Shown one piece after another: positions 13,181 to 29,498 of a DNA stretch of 64,000 nt (position 1 is its first letter; each line of letters starts with the position of its first letter). The notes beneath the pieces are model-generated. The model saw nothing but the letters and a program-made list of their open reading frames with translations, made no database searches and was not told where the DNA came from. The DNA is from the human T2T-CHM13v2.0 reference genome, Homo sapiens: assembly GCF_009914755.1 (NCBI RefSeq), contig NC_060933.1; one strand, written 5' to 3'. A program made the translations under genes and the position numbers.

Positions 13181-14099
13181 AGGCACACACACACATATAT
13201 GTACATATACACAAACACATTTTTAAATTTAATCTATTTTATTAACTTACCACAAATTTTAAGAGTAATGACAGATTTATGTAATCTTTCTGCCCCTCAG
13301 TTATTTTATCAACAAAGTGAAGAAAATACAAATTGTGCTGCCTGCAACAAAGATCTATTAAGAATAAAACAAAGTTATATATCACAAAGTGCCCTGAAAA
13401 GCTATTACAGATGTGTAACCTGGTGGCATAATTAAACGGATTTAAGGAAAAGCCGAAAGTAATAAAAGACACCTTTACTTCTTCATTCCCCTTAGACATA
13501 TTCTTTTCTGGAATTATCGAGGCATTTTCACATAATACTGTTCTAAACTTGAAAATTCAAATGCATCAGGCATTCCAAGCATAACTGGAACAAATTCAAA
13601 TGAACATCAGATTTCCATTTAAATCCAATTTTACTCACTTTCTCCTTCCTCTGTTTCAAGTCTCAGAACCCTCTCCTTTCTTATAACTGAGCTCATTTCT
13701 CAAGAGTCAAGGAACTCACTTGGGTCAACTTCCTACCTGGGGCACCAACCATCTTCAAGAGCTTCATCTGTGCCTGCATACCAAAGAGATGCTTACACAA
13801 GAGCCTTGGCAATGAGTCCTGAAGTGCTTCGTGAATGTAAATGACCTGAAACAAGGGGACTGCAGATAAGTAGGGAGGCCAGGTTTCCATGATTCCAACC
13901 ATTCCAACCTTTCTATGCATCGCCTGAAACCTACACAGGTGGCAACCAGACCCCATCTGACTGTGTAGCCGCTCTGCTGTCCTTCCTGCGTGAGAGCTGT
14001 TTCATCAGCAGTATGACAATAATGCTGGACATCTATTTAGGTTCTGCTTTGAGAAAATGAAAAGGGTTTCACAGTTTGCAAAGGATCCAACAGGAAGGG

Positions 14100-14330
14100 C
14101 AATAGCATTGGTGTTCAGGGCATGTGCTTTGGGTTTAAATCTTTACTACTTAGCATGTTGTGATTTTGTGCAAGTTATTTAAACTCTCTTAGCCTCAGTT
14201 TCCATATTGTTAAAAATAGCTATCAAATGCCTACTCTAGATTGAATAATTTAGGGTTTTTAAAATAATTTAAAATGATATATTTAAAGCATCTATTTACC
14301 AGAACATATAAAGTGGGAAGCTATTACTAT
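14100..14330 (+). mobile_element. MIR
   Basis: 'tgtgattttgtgcaagttatttaaactctcttagcctcagtttccatattgttaaaa' MIR core. Confidence 0.75.
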
Positions 14331-15542
14331 TATGTTTTAAAACTATATAATTTAAAGCTAAGACAGAATGTTGTCATATTTCAGTATGTCAGGTAAGCAG
14401 AATCCAGCTGTTACAGAAATATTTTTAATAATAGAAGAGCAACAAAAATGAGTGATAGGCATACAAATTTCATTTTCACGACCTTACTTCTGTCCTCAGC
14501 ATTCCACAAGCCTCAAATGTTCAATTTAGTCTCAGAGGGATTCATTTTCTAGTTCTTTCTTTGGACTAAAGACATTTACGTAAATAAAGGTTTGAATAAA
14601 ACAACCCCCAGAAGTATTTCACCATATTTCAAGACACCTGATTTATTTTGTGTATTACAAATAAAATGTTTTTTAATAATCAAAATGGAATATTTTCTAA
14701 ATGTCTGTTTCTAAACTACCTCTAAATATATGTCAATGAAATTTTCTTCAAAACAGTAACAACAAATCATTGTAACACTACGTAGTAAGCATATACAATA
14801 CCATAATTGTACACACAATCCTGATAGATACATTTTCTAAGTTGCTTTAAATAGATTTCTGTTTTTTTTTAAAAAAAAGACATTTACCTTCTATTTTTAG
14901 ATGACTGATTGAATAAAAAAAGTATCACATTACCTCTCCCCCAAGAGACAAAAACTGTTACCAAAAATATGTTCCAAGAAGAGAAACTTTTCTTGGAGTA
15001 GAAGTTTAATTTAAAAAAAAAAAAAGACTCAAGCAAATCATATGCCAAGGAAGAAACAAAAATGATAGATTCAAAGGACTTTTGTGTTTTGTATCTGATA
15101 TCTAATAGACTTTTTGTACTACTGCTAAGCTGAAGATAATCATTTCTCATCATCTTTATCAGAAACCCCAGAAGGCTCAGCCACATGCAGACCTGGTAAT
15201 TAAGCTGTTAAATTGGGAAGTGGTCATCCCTTCAGGTGAATTCATCTGTTGTCAGATCCTCCAATCCTTCCCTCCCCTCTAGGTTCCTAAATTTCCTCTG
15301 ACATGTTCCTTTTTTGTGTCTCGTGTGTTGAGAATCTTAACAGCAGCTCTGGTTTTCAACTAGCTAAAAACTGCATTATACCCTTGGATCGACACAAGAG
15401 GACATTCTATAAATATTCCATAAATATAAATGATATATAAAAAGAAACTAAAGAGTTTAGGGAAGTAAACTTGTAGACATACTATCAAAGCCTTCTTGCA
15501 TTTTACATGAGGAAGAATTCAAACACCAAGCAAAGTTAACTA

Positions 15543-15948
<406 letters not shown>

Positions 15949-16503
15949 TTATAATTCTTTTCAATTATTTTGCATAATTATTTACACAAATTTTGAGTCT
16001 TTCTTTTATAAAGTTAAAAGTTATAAGAATTTCTTCAGAGAAAAGGTACAATCGCCTCAAATCTTCTAAAGGGAAAAGCTAAATTCTGATGGTTTGAACT
16101 GCTGTTTTCCGGGAAACACTGAGTAAAAAACTGACTGGCAAAAGTAACTACAGGCTGGACCTTAAAGCCCATGGCACCATCTCTGAGAAGTAAGATACTT
16201 CGTACAATGGGTTTAGAGAAAATTATTGTATTCCCTCAGGATAGTCAGATCAACGACAGAGACTCAACCTGGCTGAATGTATTATTATCTCATAGCCTCA
16301 GAAGCCAGCATGGCAGATTTTTAGGGTGCCATTTACAGGTAAAACAAGTGAAAGTATGAAGAAAGCCACTTGATTTTTTTGTTTTTACTACATGAAGCCC
16401 TTTATTTTGAGGACATGATATGTGCTACATTTTTTCAATTAGGTATATTCTGATCTATGCTTAAAAAATTATTTGAAGTATTATTTTAAATATTATTTAT
16501 TCT

Positions 16504-16905
<402 letters not shown>

Positions 16906-17419
16906 CTTTCAAGGTCCAGCTCAAATGCCAGTTCCCCCAAAAAGCCTTTCCTGATAGAAATCGTCTTATCCCCATTCTATATCAGATATATATATATATA
17001 TATATCTTTGTTTTTCATGCTATTAGTTATTAATCACTTGCTAAGCAAGTACCTGCTACTTATCAAAAAATCAAGCCTACATGAATATAAAGCATGAATG
17101 AAATTGTACTGAAAATATATTTCAGTTTACATACACATTTTTAGAAATACACAGAGAAAACATTATACAGCAAACATTAGGTGCTTTCATTTATCTTAAA
17201 GTAGAGATATATTACTGTTTTTTAACTGTCCAAGGGAAAAGTTCATAACTTTGCAGTGAAAGCATTCAATTTCATAGCAAATCTCCCTGAGTGTTCCAAA
17301 ACCCACAACACTACACTTCACGTAGGCTGACATAATTTGCTTAAGCACTGTTGGATCTCCAGTATCTTATACAGTCAAATTGTAGGTATTCAGCTGATTT
17401 TTATTAGAAGATTAAAGTA

Positions 17420-17612
17420 TTATATCATCTCATTTAAACTTCAAAGCCATACCAATAAATCATTGTCATCACCATTTTATAGATGAAACAATAGAAATCA
17501 AGAGGGTAAGGGTAGGTAATTTCTTCAGAAAAATACAATTTTGAGGAAAATACAGGAATCGAGGAGATTCAGCATGAGTCTTTCTGGCTCCACACCTTGC
17601 TTTTAACTACTG
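17420..17612 (-). mobile_element. MIR fragment
   Basis: 'tcatcaccattttatagatgaaacaatagaaatcaagagggtaag...tctggctccacaccttgcttttaactac'. Confidence 0.6.
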
Positions 17613-17857
17613 CATTACGCCTCCTATTACAATACTTAGAACATTTTGTTCTTTCCTTTTTTGTACTGGAGTTACATGACAGCATGGGAGCAGGGGTCAT
17701 GTCTTTATAACTCTAATCTATGAGACTTTGTACCTTATAAGCATTCATAAATATTTGCTAAAGTAGTATTGGAATTAATGAATCAAACTATACTAATGCA
17801 TTCAATTACAATGTGTTAGTACTATACAGCAAATAACATTAAAAATAACCAATATTT

Positions 17858-18242
<385 letters not shown>

Positions 18243-18542
18243 CTACATGCAGTTATAGGAATTAATTCAGAGAGATCTTATATAGCCATTACCCAGTTTC
18301 CCAGAAGGGTAACATCTTGGAAAACTTTAGTACAATGTTACAATGAGGATATTGACATTGACATAGGCAAGGGGGTTCCTCCATTGCCCTTTTACAGCCA
18401 CACACTCCATCTCAATCACCACCACCATCCCCCATCCCGTGTGCTAAGATTCATCCAAATTGTTACATGTATCAATAGTTCATTCTCTTTTTAATAGTGA
18501 ATAATATTCCATGGTATAGATGTATCACCGTTTAACCAAGTT

Positions 18543-19899
18543 TGTATTAAGCATGTCTTTTTATCATGATGTTTTGACATCCGAGGCCTTACTGATCCTG
18601 GGGAAACTGACCCCTATCCCCCAAGGCTACACAATTTCTAGAGAAAGTAAATTACTCACCTGCAGGTGCACCTTTCATATGCAAATTATCAATCTAGAGC
18701 CCATAGCTTGCATATGCAGGTGCACCTTTCATATGCAAATTACCAGTCTAGAGCAGTGTTTTTCCTCTGCTCTCACACCACAACAATCAACACAGAAGAC
18801 TTCTGTGACAAAATGTTTGGGGGTTCCTCCCCATACATACACAGTTGAGGGCTCAGTCCCCAAGACTGCCCCTGCCTTCAGACAGCAGTTGCAAGTCCAG
18901 GCTTTTGGGGTTTCAAGTTGGGGTTCCCACGACTCCCTCTTTGGGTCTGATTAATTTGAAGTGCCTCACAGAACTCAGGGAAACACATATTTTGCCGGTA
19001 TATTATAAAAGATATTACAAAAGATACAGATAAAGAGATGCATAGGAGAGGCCTGGGGGAAAGGGCTCAGAGAGTCCATGCTCTCCTTGAGCGCACCACC
19101 CTCCAGCAACCTCTACATGCTTAGCCATCTGGAAGCTCTCTGAATCCTGTCCTTTTGGGTTTTAATGGAGGATTCATTACACAGTCATGAGTGGCAACTG
19201 TGTGGAAATGTAATTGGACAAAAGGGGTATGATCTCATACTAATGGACTGAATGGGGAAACCTAGCAAGATCTGTCTGTTTAGATTCTTCTTGGCTTCTC
19301 TGGGCAGCATTCCTTCCTCCAGAACATCAACAGGACCCTCTCTGGAATGAGGGTCTTTTGACCTACAATCAGAGCCCTGCCTTGCGCAGATAAAAGGAGG
19401 ACAGGAGAAGGTCAGAGAAAGAGATTCTGTTTCCTGAGGCCTAAAGTACCCCCAACATTATAACAAAAGACTGTAATAAGGGCTCTGGGAGTTATGAGCC
19501 AGGAACCATGGATAAAAACAAATATACATATATAATCATAATATCACAGGCTCTTATATTCCAAGCCAATATTTCCCTACCCTAATCACCCAGGGCCAGG
19601 TACCAGACAGTACTTACACCCCACAGCCTGCTAAAATTATTCAAACTAGCCAATCCTAAGCCTGTTTGCTTTGCCTCACTCGTTCCCTCCTGTGGAAACT
19701 ACAATAAGGGTTCACGTTCTTATTTTCTCCCCTCCCTCTGCTTCCCCAGTAAACCTGATGCTTCCTCATATGGCACTGCACAGTGTGGCAGGCCCCCTCC
19801 TTTTACAAACTGTAACAAACCACCATTTCAATGGCAGTCACCTCCTGATCTGTTGGCCTCATCATACTTAAACAATAATAAAATCTACACTTTGAAACA
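18543..19899 (+). mobile_element. MER74-like solo LTR (ERVL), split by MER21A
   Basis: Starts TG 'tgtattaagcatg...gatgttttgacatc...ggccttactgatcctgg', contains 'cctttcatatgcaaa', resumes at 19549 ('ctaatcacccagggccaggtaccagac') and ends 'aataataaaatctacactttgaaaca'. Confidence 0.75.
18756..19548 (-). mobile_element. MER21 (MER21A-like) LTR
   Basis: Reverse complement begins 'tgtgatattatgattatatatgtatatttgtttttatccatggttcctggctcataactccc'; also 'cacaccacaacaatcaacacagaagacttctgtgac'. Confidence 0.8.
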
Positions 19900-20049
19900 T
19901 TATTTAAATTTGTGGCCATTATGGATAAAGCTGCTATGAGTATTTGTGTACAGATTTTCGTGTGAACACAGCTTTTCATTTCTCTGGGGTAAATGTGTAG
20001 GGTCGCAATTGACAGATCACATGGTAGTTGCCTATCCAGGCTCTCTTTC

Positions 20050-20152
20050 CAGTGCTCATCCTCACAGCAATTCTGTGATGTTAGTGCGATTGTCATTCCC
20101 ATTTTAAAATGATGGAATTGAAGCACAGGGTTCAGTAATTTGCTAAAGATCT
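20050..20152 (-). mobile_element. MIR fragment
   Basis: 'cctcacagcaattctgtgatg...cccattttaaaatgatggaattgaagcacag'. Confidence 0.7.
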
Positions 20153-20276
20153 ATAGTATGTACCTATTCCAATGCTATCAATAAGAATAAATACTTTATT
20201 TTGTGATATAGTGTATCAATTGTTACCACCATAAGGGCACTATGTATTTTCCAGCATCTCTGGGTTAACATGGCAA

Positions 20277-20324
<48 letters not shown>
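20277..20324. repeat. (AAT)16 microsatellite
   Basis: Direct reading. Confidence 0.97.
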
Positions 20325-20999
20325 TTACCTGCTTTTTTAAGAAAAACCTAAGGATCTCGTTTAGCCCATTTGTGTCTTGGGATATATAACAGATAGTTTA
20401 AAGAATAAATTTTGACAAAGTTTAGTTAGATGTTATACTCCTTCTCCATATTGCAAAAATTTTCAAATTCCCCTGCTATCATTGTAATAATATACATCTT
20501 ATACCAAATGGAAAGGCATTATTCTGAAAGAAGAGAGGAGTGAATGTGCAGCAATTGCTGCCCAATTGGAGATGTTCATCCTTGAGCTCTCAAGGAGTGG
20601 CCTCATCGGGGTCTTCTGGTTTCTTGACTTATGCAGCACTGAAAATGTTCGCAGCTGGATCTAAGTAAGAAATTGACAGGAGGGCCGTCACTTAAATCCA
20701 TACTTGTCCTTGCCAGTGTCCAGAACAAATAGCTAAAAGACGAAGGATTTCCACTCTAACCAAAACTGCACAAATGTTACAAAAGGATATGTGGGATATC
20801 ACCAGATGGCGTAATCCTCTGATAATTAAGAAGGATTTTAGAAGGCTGGAATCACAATTTCTATGGGGACAAAAGTATGGACAAAGCAACTCAAGTCCAA
20901 TTTGAAACTCTGGACAGGGGCCATGCTCCTTTTCTTGTTGTTGTTGTTGTTATTGTTTTTCTTGTAAGTTGGTCAATACTTCTGCCCTTTTAAAATGTT

Positions 21000-22660
<1,661 letters not shown>

Positions 22661-25103
22661 TCTACTTCAATTTGAACAGTAGCCCATTCTTTATTCTCCC
22701 ATATGCACATTTAACCTCTGGCATTTCCCAGTGGTAACTATATTACTTCCACATATTATCCATTTTTCCTGACCCTCATGGCAAGATATGAGCACTTTCT
22801 GTTAGTTAGCTAAAGTGCCACTATTGATGTCAGCAACACATTCTATTCAATGTCCAAACTCACTTATATAACACAAAAATGAGAATCAATGTGTGATTGT
22901 TTTCATATGTATCTTTTCTCCAGGAAACTGCACTCTTTTCCTTTACAACTGGCTTAAACTCTATTGTTACTAACTAAGGACCCATTTCTTTAGAGTCTAA
23001 CATTAAATGATCAAATATATAAACGTTAATGTACAGAGACATGAAAGGAAACAGATAATGCATTATGTGAGGAATCCTCAAACAGCAATATAATAAATTA
23101 CTCTGGCTACATTAAACAGGTTCCTGTTTGTTCAATAAGTAAGCAGAATTTTCAGGACATTGAATGATAACTGTGAAATAACTGGAAAAAAAGTTTGAAA
23201 ACAAAAACTGTCTTATATTTCAGTTTGGAGCAATTGAAATAAACATACATTGATGTTTTTAAGAAGAAATTGATCATAAGAGAGTTTGGTCAAAGATTTG
23301 ACTAACATTAAAAGATGATAGCCTCTAAAATTATTTTTGACTCAGGTTTTTGTTCTTCCCCTTTGAATGTTGAAACCAATGTTAACAGAGAGCTACCAGC
23401 TCAGCAAGAAAAATTATAATAATTCATACAATTTACATGCAATTTGGTGGCTTGCTATTTTCAAATAAGGATTTTTTTAAAATTAGCCTAGAAAGTATGA
23501 TAGTTTTCTCAAACTGAAAGCTTCTTTTCCAGAAAAATATGCTATGTGATTCAAATTATTTTGGAAGAGCTATTTACCAATGCCCCGAAAGCACTGCTAT
23601 GTTATATATTTTAAATATCAATGCTATAATTAAAGCCATAAAGTGAAATATTTTTTTCTGAAAATCCAGCAATATAGCTGTGAAAAAAACAAAAGCTATG
23701 AAATAATGCAACAAATGCAACTGAAGCATTCTTAGAGGGACATTAATAGCTTATTCCCTATAGGAGAAAAGAAGAAAGATATAAAGCTAATAATCTATGT
23801 TTATATCTTAAGAAGTGAAGGGGAAAAAAGTAAATTAAATACAAAGTAAACAGAACAAAATGGGAGAAAAAAATACAGAAATTAGTGAAATAATGAACAA
23901 ACATTATTAAAAAAGTCATTTGCTTCTTTGAAAAGATTACTAAAATTGATAGAAATTATCACAAGAATCATCAAGAAAAAAGAGCAAAGCACAAACTTTA
24001 GATACCAACATTGAATGAAGGGTTGTAACCATAGATTTTACAGGCCTTGTGATTATAAAAGGTAATCATGAGTACTTTATGCTGATAAATGCAGCAATAT
24101 ACATAAGATGCACAAATTCCTTGAAACATGCCATTTACCAAAACAGACACAATAAAAACTAAATTATGATAACATATCTAGGTGGATTAAATAAACCAGA
24201 TTTGTTATATAAAAAGTTGAAGCAAGCCCAGATGTCATCACTGGTGAATTCTATCAAACGTTTACAGAAGAAATAACATCAGTTCTATACAGATTGGTTC
24301 AGAAAGTAGAAGAGGAGAGAACATTTACCAACTCATTTTATGGGGTCAGAATAATTCGGATACAAAAGTCCGACAAGAACATCATCAGAAAAGAAAATTA
24401 CAGACAAATACCCCTACAAACATAGACACAAAACTTCTTAATTAAATATTGGCAAATCAAATCCAGGAATATATTTTAAAATATTAAAAATTAATATATA
24501 ATGGAATAATATATGTAATATATTATATAATGGATAATATATAATGGAAAAATGCAAGGTTGGTTTAATTTTTGAAAATCAACAAATATAACTTATAGAT
24601 ATAATTTATTACATCTACAGATTAAAAGGGAAAATATTATATAATATAGATGCTGAAAAAGCATTTGACAAAATCCAATTTCCATTTAGAATTAAAAAAA
24701 AAAAACTTCACAGCAAACTAGGAATAGAAGAAAATCTTCAGCCTGATAAAAGTCATCTATACAGAACCTACACTCCCTGTCATATTTAATGATTAAATTT
24801 TGAAAGCTTTCTCTCTATTATCTGGAATAAGACAGGAATGCTTTCTCTCACAACTTTTATTTAGTGTTGCACTGGAAGCCCTAGTGAGTGCAATATGGTA
24901 GTAAATTAAATTCATGGTTTAAAATTGGAAAGAATGAAAGAAAACTGTCTTTATTTAAAGATAGCATGATTATGTAGGATGATATGAAGAATTTGTAAAA
25001 AATTGCCACAACTATTAAGTAAATTTAACAAAGTCATAAGATATAAAGTTAATGAAAAAAATCGATTACATTTCTTTATACTAACAATAAAGAATTGGAT
25101 AAT

Positions 25104-25411
25104 GAAATTAAAATTACTGTATAATAATATTTACAATTGCTCACCAAAATATAAAATACTCAGTATAAGTTTAACAAAAGATATGTAGTATCTCTGAATG
25201 AAAACTCTGAAATATTGCTGACAGAAATCTTAAAAGGCTTAGAAATGTAATTATACCGAAATTAAAATTACTGTATAATAACATTTACAGTTGCTCACCA
25301 AAATATGGAACACTCAGGATAAGTTTAACAAAAGACATATAGTATCTCTGAATGAAAACTATAAGATATTGCTTAGAGAAATTTTAAAGGGCTTAGAAAT
25401 GTAGAGATACA
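25104..25411 (+). repeat. 154-bp tandem duplication within L1
   Basis: 25104-25257 and 25258-25411 both run 'gaaattaaaattactgtataata...gcttagaaatgta...atacc'. Confidence 0.92.
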
Positions 25412-26830
25412 CCATATTTAAGGATTTGGAAAACTCAATATGCCAGAATGTCAATTGTCACCAAATTCACCTATAGATTCAATGCACTTCTGAGCAAAAT
25501 TCCAGCAAAAAACTTCCTGTAGATATGGACAATCCTATTTTTAAATTTTTCTGGAAATGCAAAGAACCTAAAATAACCAAATTTATCTTAGAAAAGATGG
25601 ATGATATAGGAAGAATACCTGCCTTCAAGACTTACTTTAAAGTTATAGAAACAAAAGGAGTATGACACTGGCAAAATAACAGAAGTATATCAATAGAACA
25701 CAATAGAGACTCCGGAAATAAACCCATACATATATGGTAAAATGATATACACTAACAGAGCCCCAACAATTCAATAGGGAAATAAAAGTATTTTAACAAA
25801 CAGTTTTGAAAAATATCCATATATTCACACTGACCTCACACCATCCACAAAAATTAATTTTATATATATCTTGGAGCTAAATGTAAAACTAAATCTATAC
25901 AGCTTTCAGAAAATAAAATATAGAGAATTTTTTATAATTTGGGAGTAGGCAAAGATTTCACAGAGAAGAAACAGAAAACACTAATGATGAAAGAAATGAT
26001 AAATTTGAATTCATCAAAATTTAAAACTTCTGCTCATTGAAAGAAACAAAACATTGAGAAAATATATATACTGTATGAGACAAAATATTTGTGTCCTATA
26101 TATCTAATTTATCTCTAGAATATACAAAGAACTAACTCCTACAACTCATTAATAACATGAAAAACAACTTCTCCACCAAAGAAATGGAAAAATGACTTGA
26201 ACAGACCCTTCACAAAATAAGATATGTGAATTGCACATATATGCATGAAACAGTAATCAATATCCTTTGCCATCATTGAAATTCAAATTAATGAGATATC
26301 ATTATAGTGTTATTAGAAGTTAAACAGAAAAGACAACATTAAATCCTGGTGAAGATATGGAACAATCAGAGTCCTATTTCCAATGGGAAGGTAAAACAGT
26401 AAAATCTCTTTGGAAATCTAGTACTTTCTTAAAATGTTAGACGTACATCTACCCTAAGAACCAACACTTCTACTCTTGCATATGTATCTAGACAAATGAA
26501 AACATACAACCGCAAAAAGCTTTGTATAGGAATATTTTTAGCAGCTTCTGTTTCTGTTATAATAACCCCAAACTGGAAACAGCCTGATTTCCTTAAATAG
26601 AACTGAAAATTCTGTGGCATATTCATACAATGGAATACTACTCAGCAATAAAAATGAACAAATTAAAAACATGAGCAATTACAAATATGAGCAATTACAT
26701 GGATAAGTCTCACAAACATTTTGCTGAGTGAACAAAAGCCTCATATAAAAGAGTTCATACTATGATTCTATCTACAGAAAGATCTAGAATAGGCAAAACT
26801 ACACTATGATGATAAGAATTAGACCAGTGA

Positions 26831-27140
<310 letters not shown>

Positions 27141-27878
27141 TTAGACCAGTGATTGTTTCTGGATGCTGGAGATTAACTGGGAAGGATTATGAGAGAAATG
27201 ATGGAAATATTTCATTGCTTGATAGTGGTACAAGTTAATGATTATGTGCATTTGTCAACACTCATGAAACCGTACACTTAAGATCAGCACATTTTTTGAT
27301 ATGTAAATAGGACTTCAGTTTAAAAAATTTGTTTGCCTTGTATGATGATCAGTTGGCATTCAACAAAAAAAGTGAGTAAAAACTAATTATAAGAGTGTAC
27401 ATTAGCCTGAAACTTATTGGCTCAAAGAAAATCAATTAGGCTTCTTAGCTTTTTTTTTTTTTTTGCATTTACACACCCACTTACATTCAGTTTTTTAAAT
27501 TAACCATTTAAAATATACATATAATATAAACATATTAAAATAATTCTCAGAAATAGGTTCAAAAAGATTAGAACAAATGATTCCAAGTAGGGTTGAAGTT
27601 AAAATGCAGATACTCCAGTCATAGAGATCTAAACAATTATTAAATTTGAGTTTTAAATTTGGTTTTGAAATTCTTGCTCACCCAAATAAAAAGAGAAGAA
27701 GCACAGTAAATTATATAACCCTCAATATTTAGCTTTAAAATGTCTAGTTTCACAGAGGGATAAAAGCTTTTTCTAGCGCTTAATCTTGTAAAATGAAGGA
27801 AAAAGGACAAGAAGATGAAGACTCCTGTGGCTTGTAAGATACTTATCACTAAGTTTATGTAGACTTGCTGTAAAATTA

Positions 27879-28344
<466 letters not shown>

Positions 28345-28404
28345 TTACTTTTGGTTCAAATTTTATATTTATAGGAGCAACACTTTTTCCTGAGTCATAT
28401 GGAA

Positions 28405-28840
28405 TATGCACATATACATATTCTATCTAATTAAATGTATATATACATATTTACATATGTACGTGTATATGTACATATTCTATATAATTAAAAATTACAT
28501 ATAATTAAATGTATTAAATTTAATTTAATATTTAATGTATTTAATATTTAATACAGCTAATACTTAACGTATTTAATATTTAGTAATTTACTTTTAAATT
28601 ACATGTATTACATATTGCATGAATTGTATTACCTATTGCATAAATTATATTACATATAATTAAATATACATATAATTATAGTGCAAATAAATATATTACA
28701 TACTATTACATACATTTAAATTACATATAATTAATATAATGTATATAATTAATAATTATAAATAATAAATCACATATAGTTTATATAATACATATATTGC
28801 CCATGAATATATTGCATGTAATATATTACATATAATTAAA
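28405..28840. repeat. AT-rich low-complexity / degenerate minisatellite
   Basis: Nearly all A/T, with recurring 'ttacatataattaa' at ~28495, 28650, 28721 and 28826. Confidence 0.85.
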
Positions 28841-29019
28841 AGTCAAACAATGCAGAAGGTAGGAGGAGGGGTTAGGGTGTTGGGTCAGGAGTCAAAGGCT
28901 CGTAGTTTAAAAACAAAATCACCAAATGATTTACATATGCATGTCCACTAAATATCCAGTGAACTACACTAGTGATTTGCAAAATTTGGTATATTTCATT
29001 CCTCTGGAGCTTCTTTACA

Positions 29020-29127
29020 TTCAGATTATGTAATGGCCCAGAAATGGGAGGCCCCCAAATCTACAAACTTAGTGAACACTCCAGGTGATTGTGATGAAAG
29101 TGGCACTGAGGCCACGCTTAGAACAAG
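29020..29127 (+). mobile_element. MER5A-like hAT fragment
   Basis: 'aatctacaaacttagtgaacactccaggtgattgtgatg...gaggccacgcttaga'. Confidence 0.5.
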
Positions 29128-29136
29128 AACAACTTA

Positions 29137-29498
29137 GAGAGTCACAAGGTCAAGTGCTGCGGGGGAGAGGCAGGTCACGCCAATGAGTGAAGCAGGTCTC
29201 ACAGGACACTTGACAGTTGGGGTGGGCGGCAGAGGAAATGTGATCTGGAGTCCATGTGCCTCGCTCAAAGAGGGCAGGCACTAGGCACTACTAGCTGAAT
29301 GCAGGGCATGTAGGTTCTGTGTGCTGGAATTTCTGAGTTTTGAAGAGACACTTAAATCCGAACTTTTCTGCAAAATATCCTGACTTTTTTAAAAATGTGG
29401 GCCCTAATATATGTAAGGCAAAACAAAGCATGTGAGTGTGGCCAAAACACAGCCTTCTACCAAATACGGACTATGGCCATCACTTTGCAAACTCAGCT
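29137..29498 (+). mobile_element. MER102-like hAT-Charlie element
   Basis: 'ggcaggtcacgccaatgagtgaagcagg', 'tgaagagacacttaaatccgaacttttctgcaaaatatcctgactttt', 'ggccaaaacac...cactttgcaaactc'. Confidence 0.65.

Noticed and set aside
18520-18954. 144-aa ORF with repeated CRCTFHMQI
   Set aside because: The peptide repeat only reflects the 54-bp DNA duplication; the ORF spans L1, MER74 and MER21 fragments
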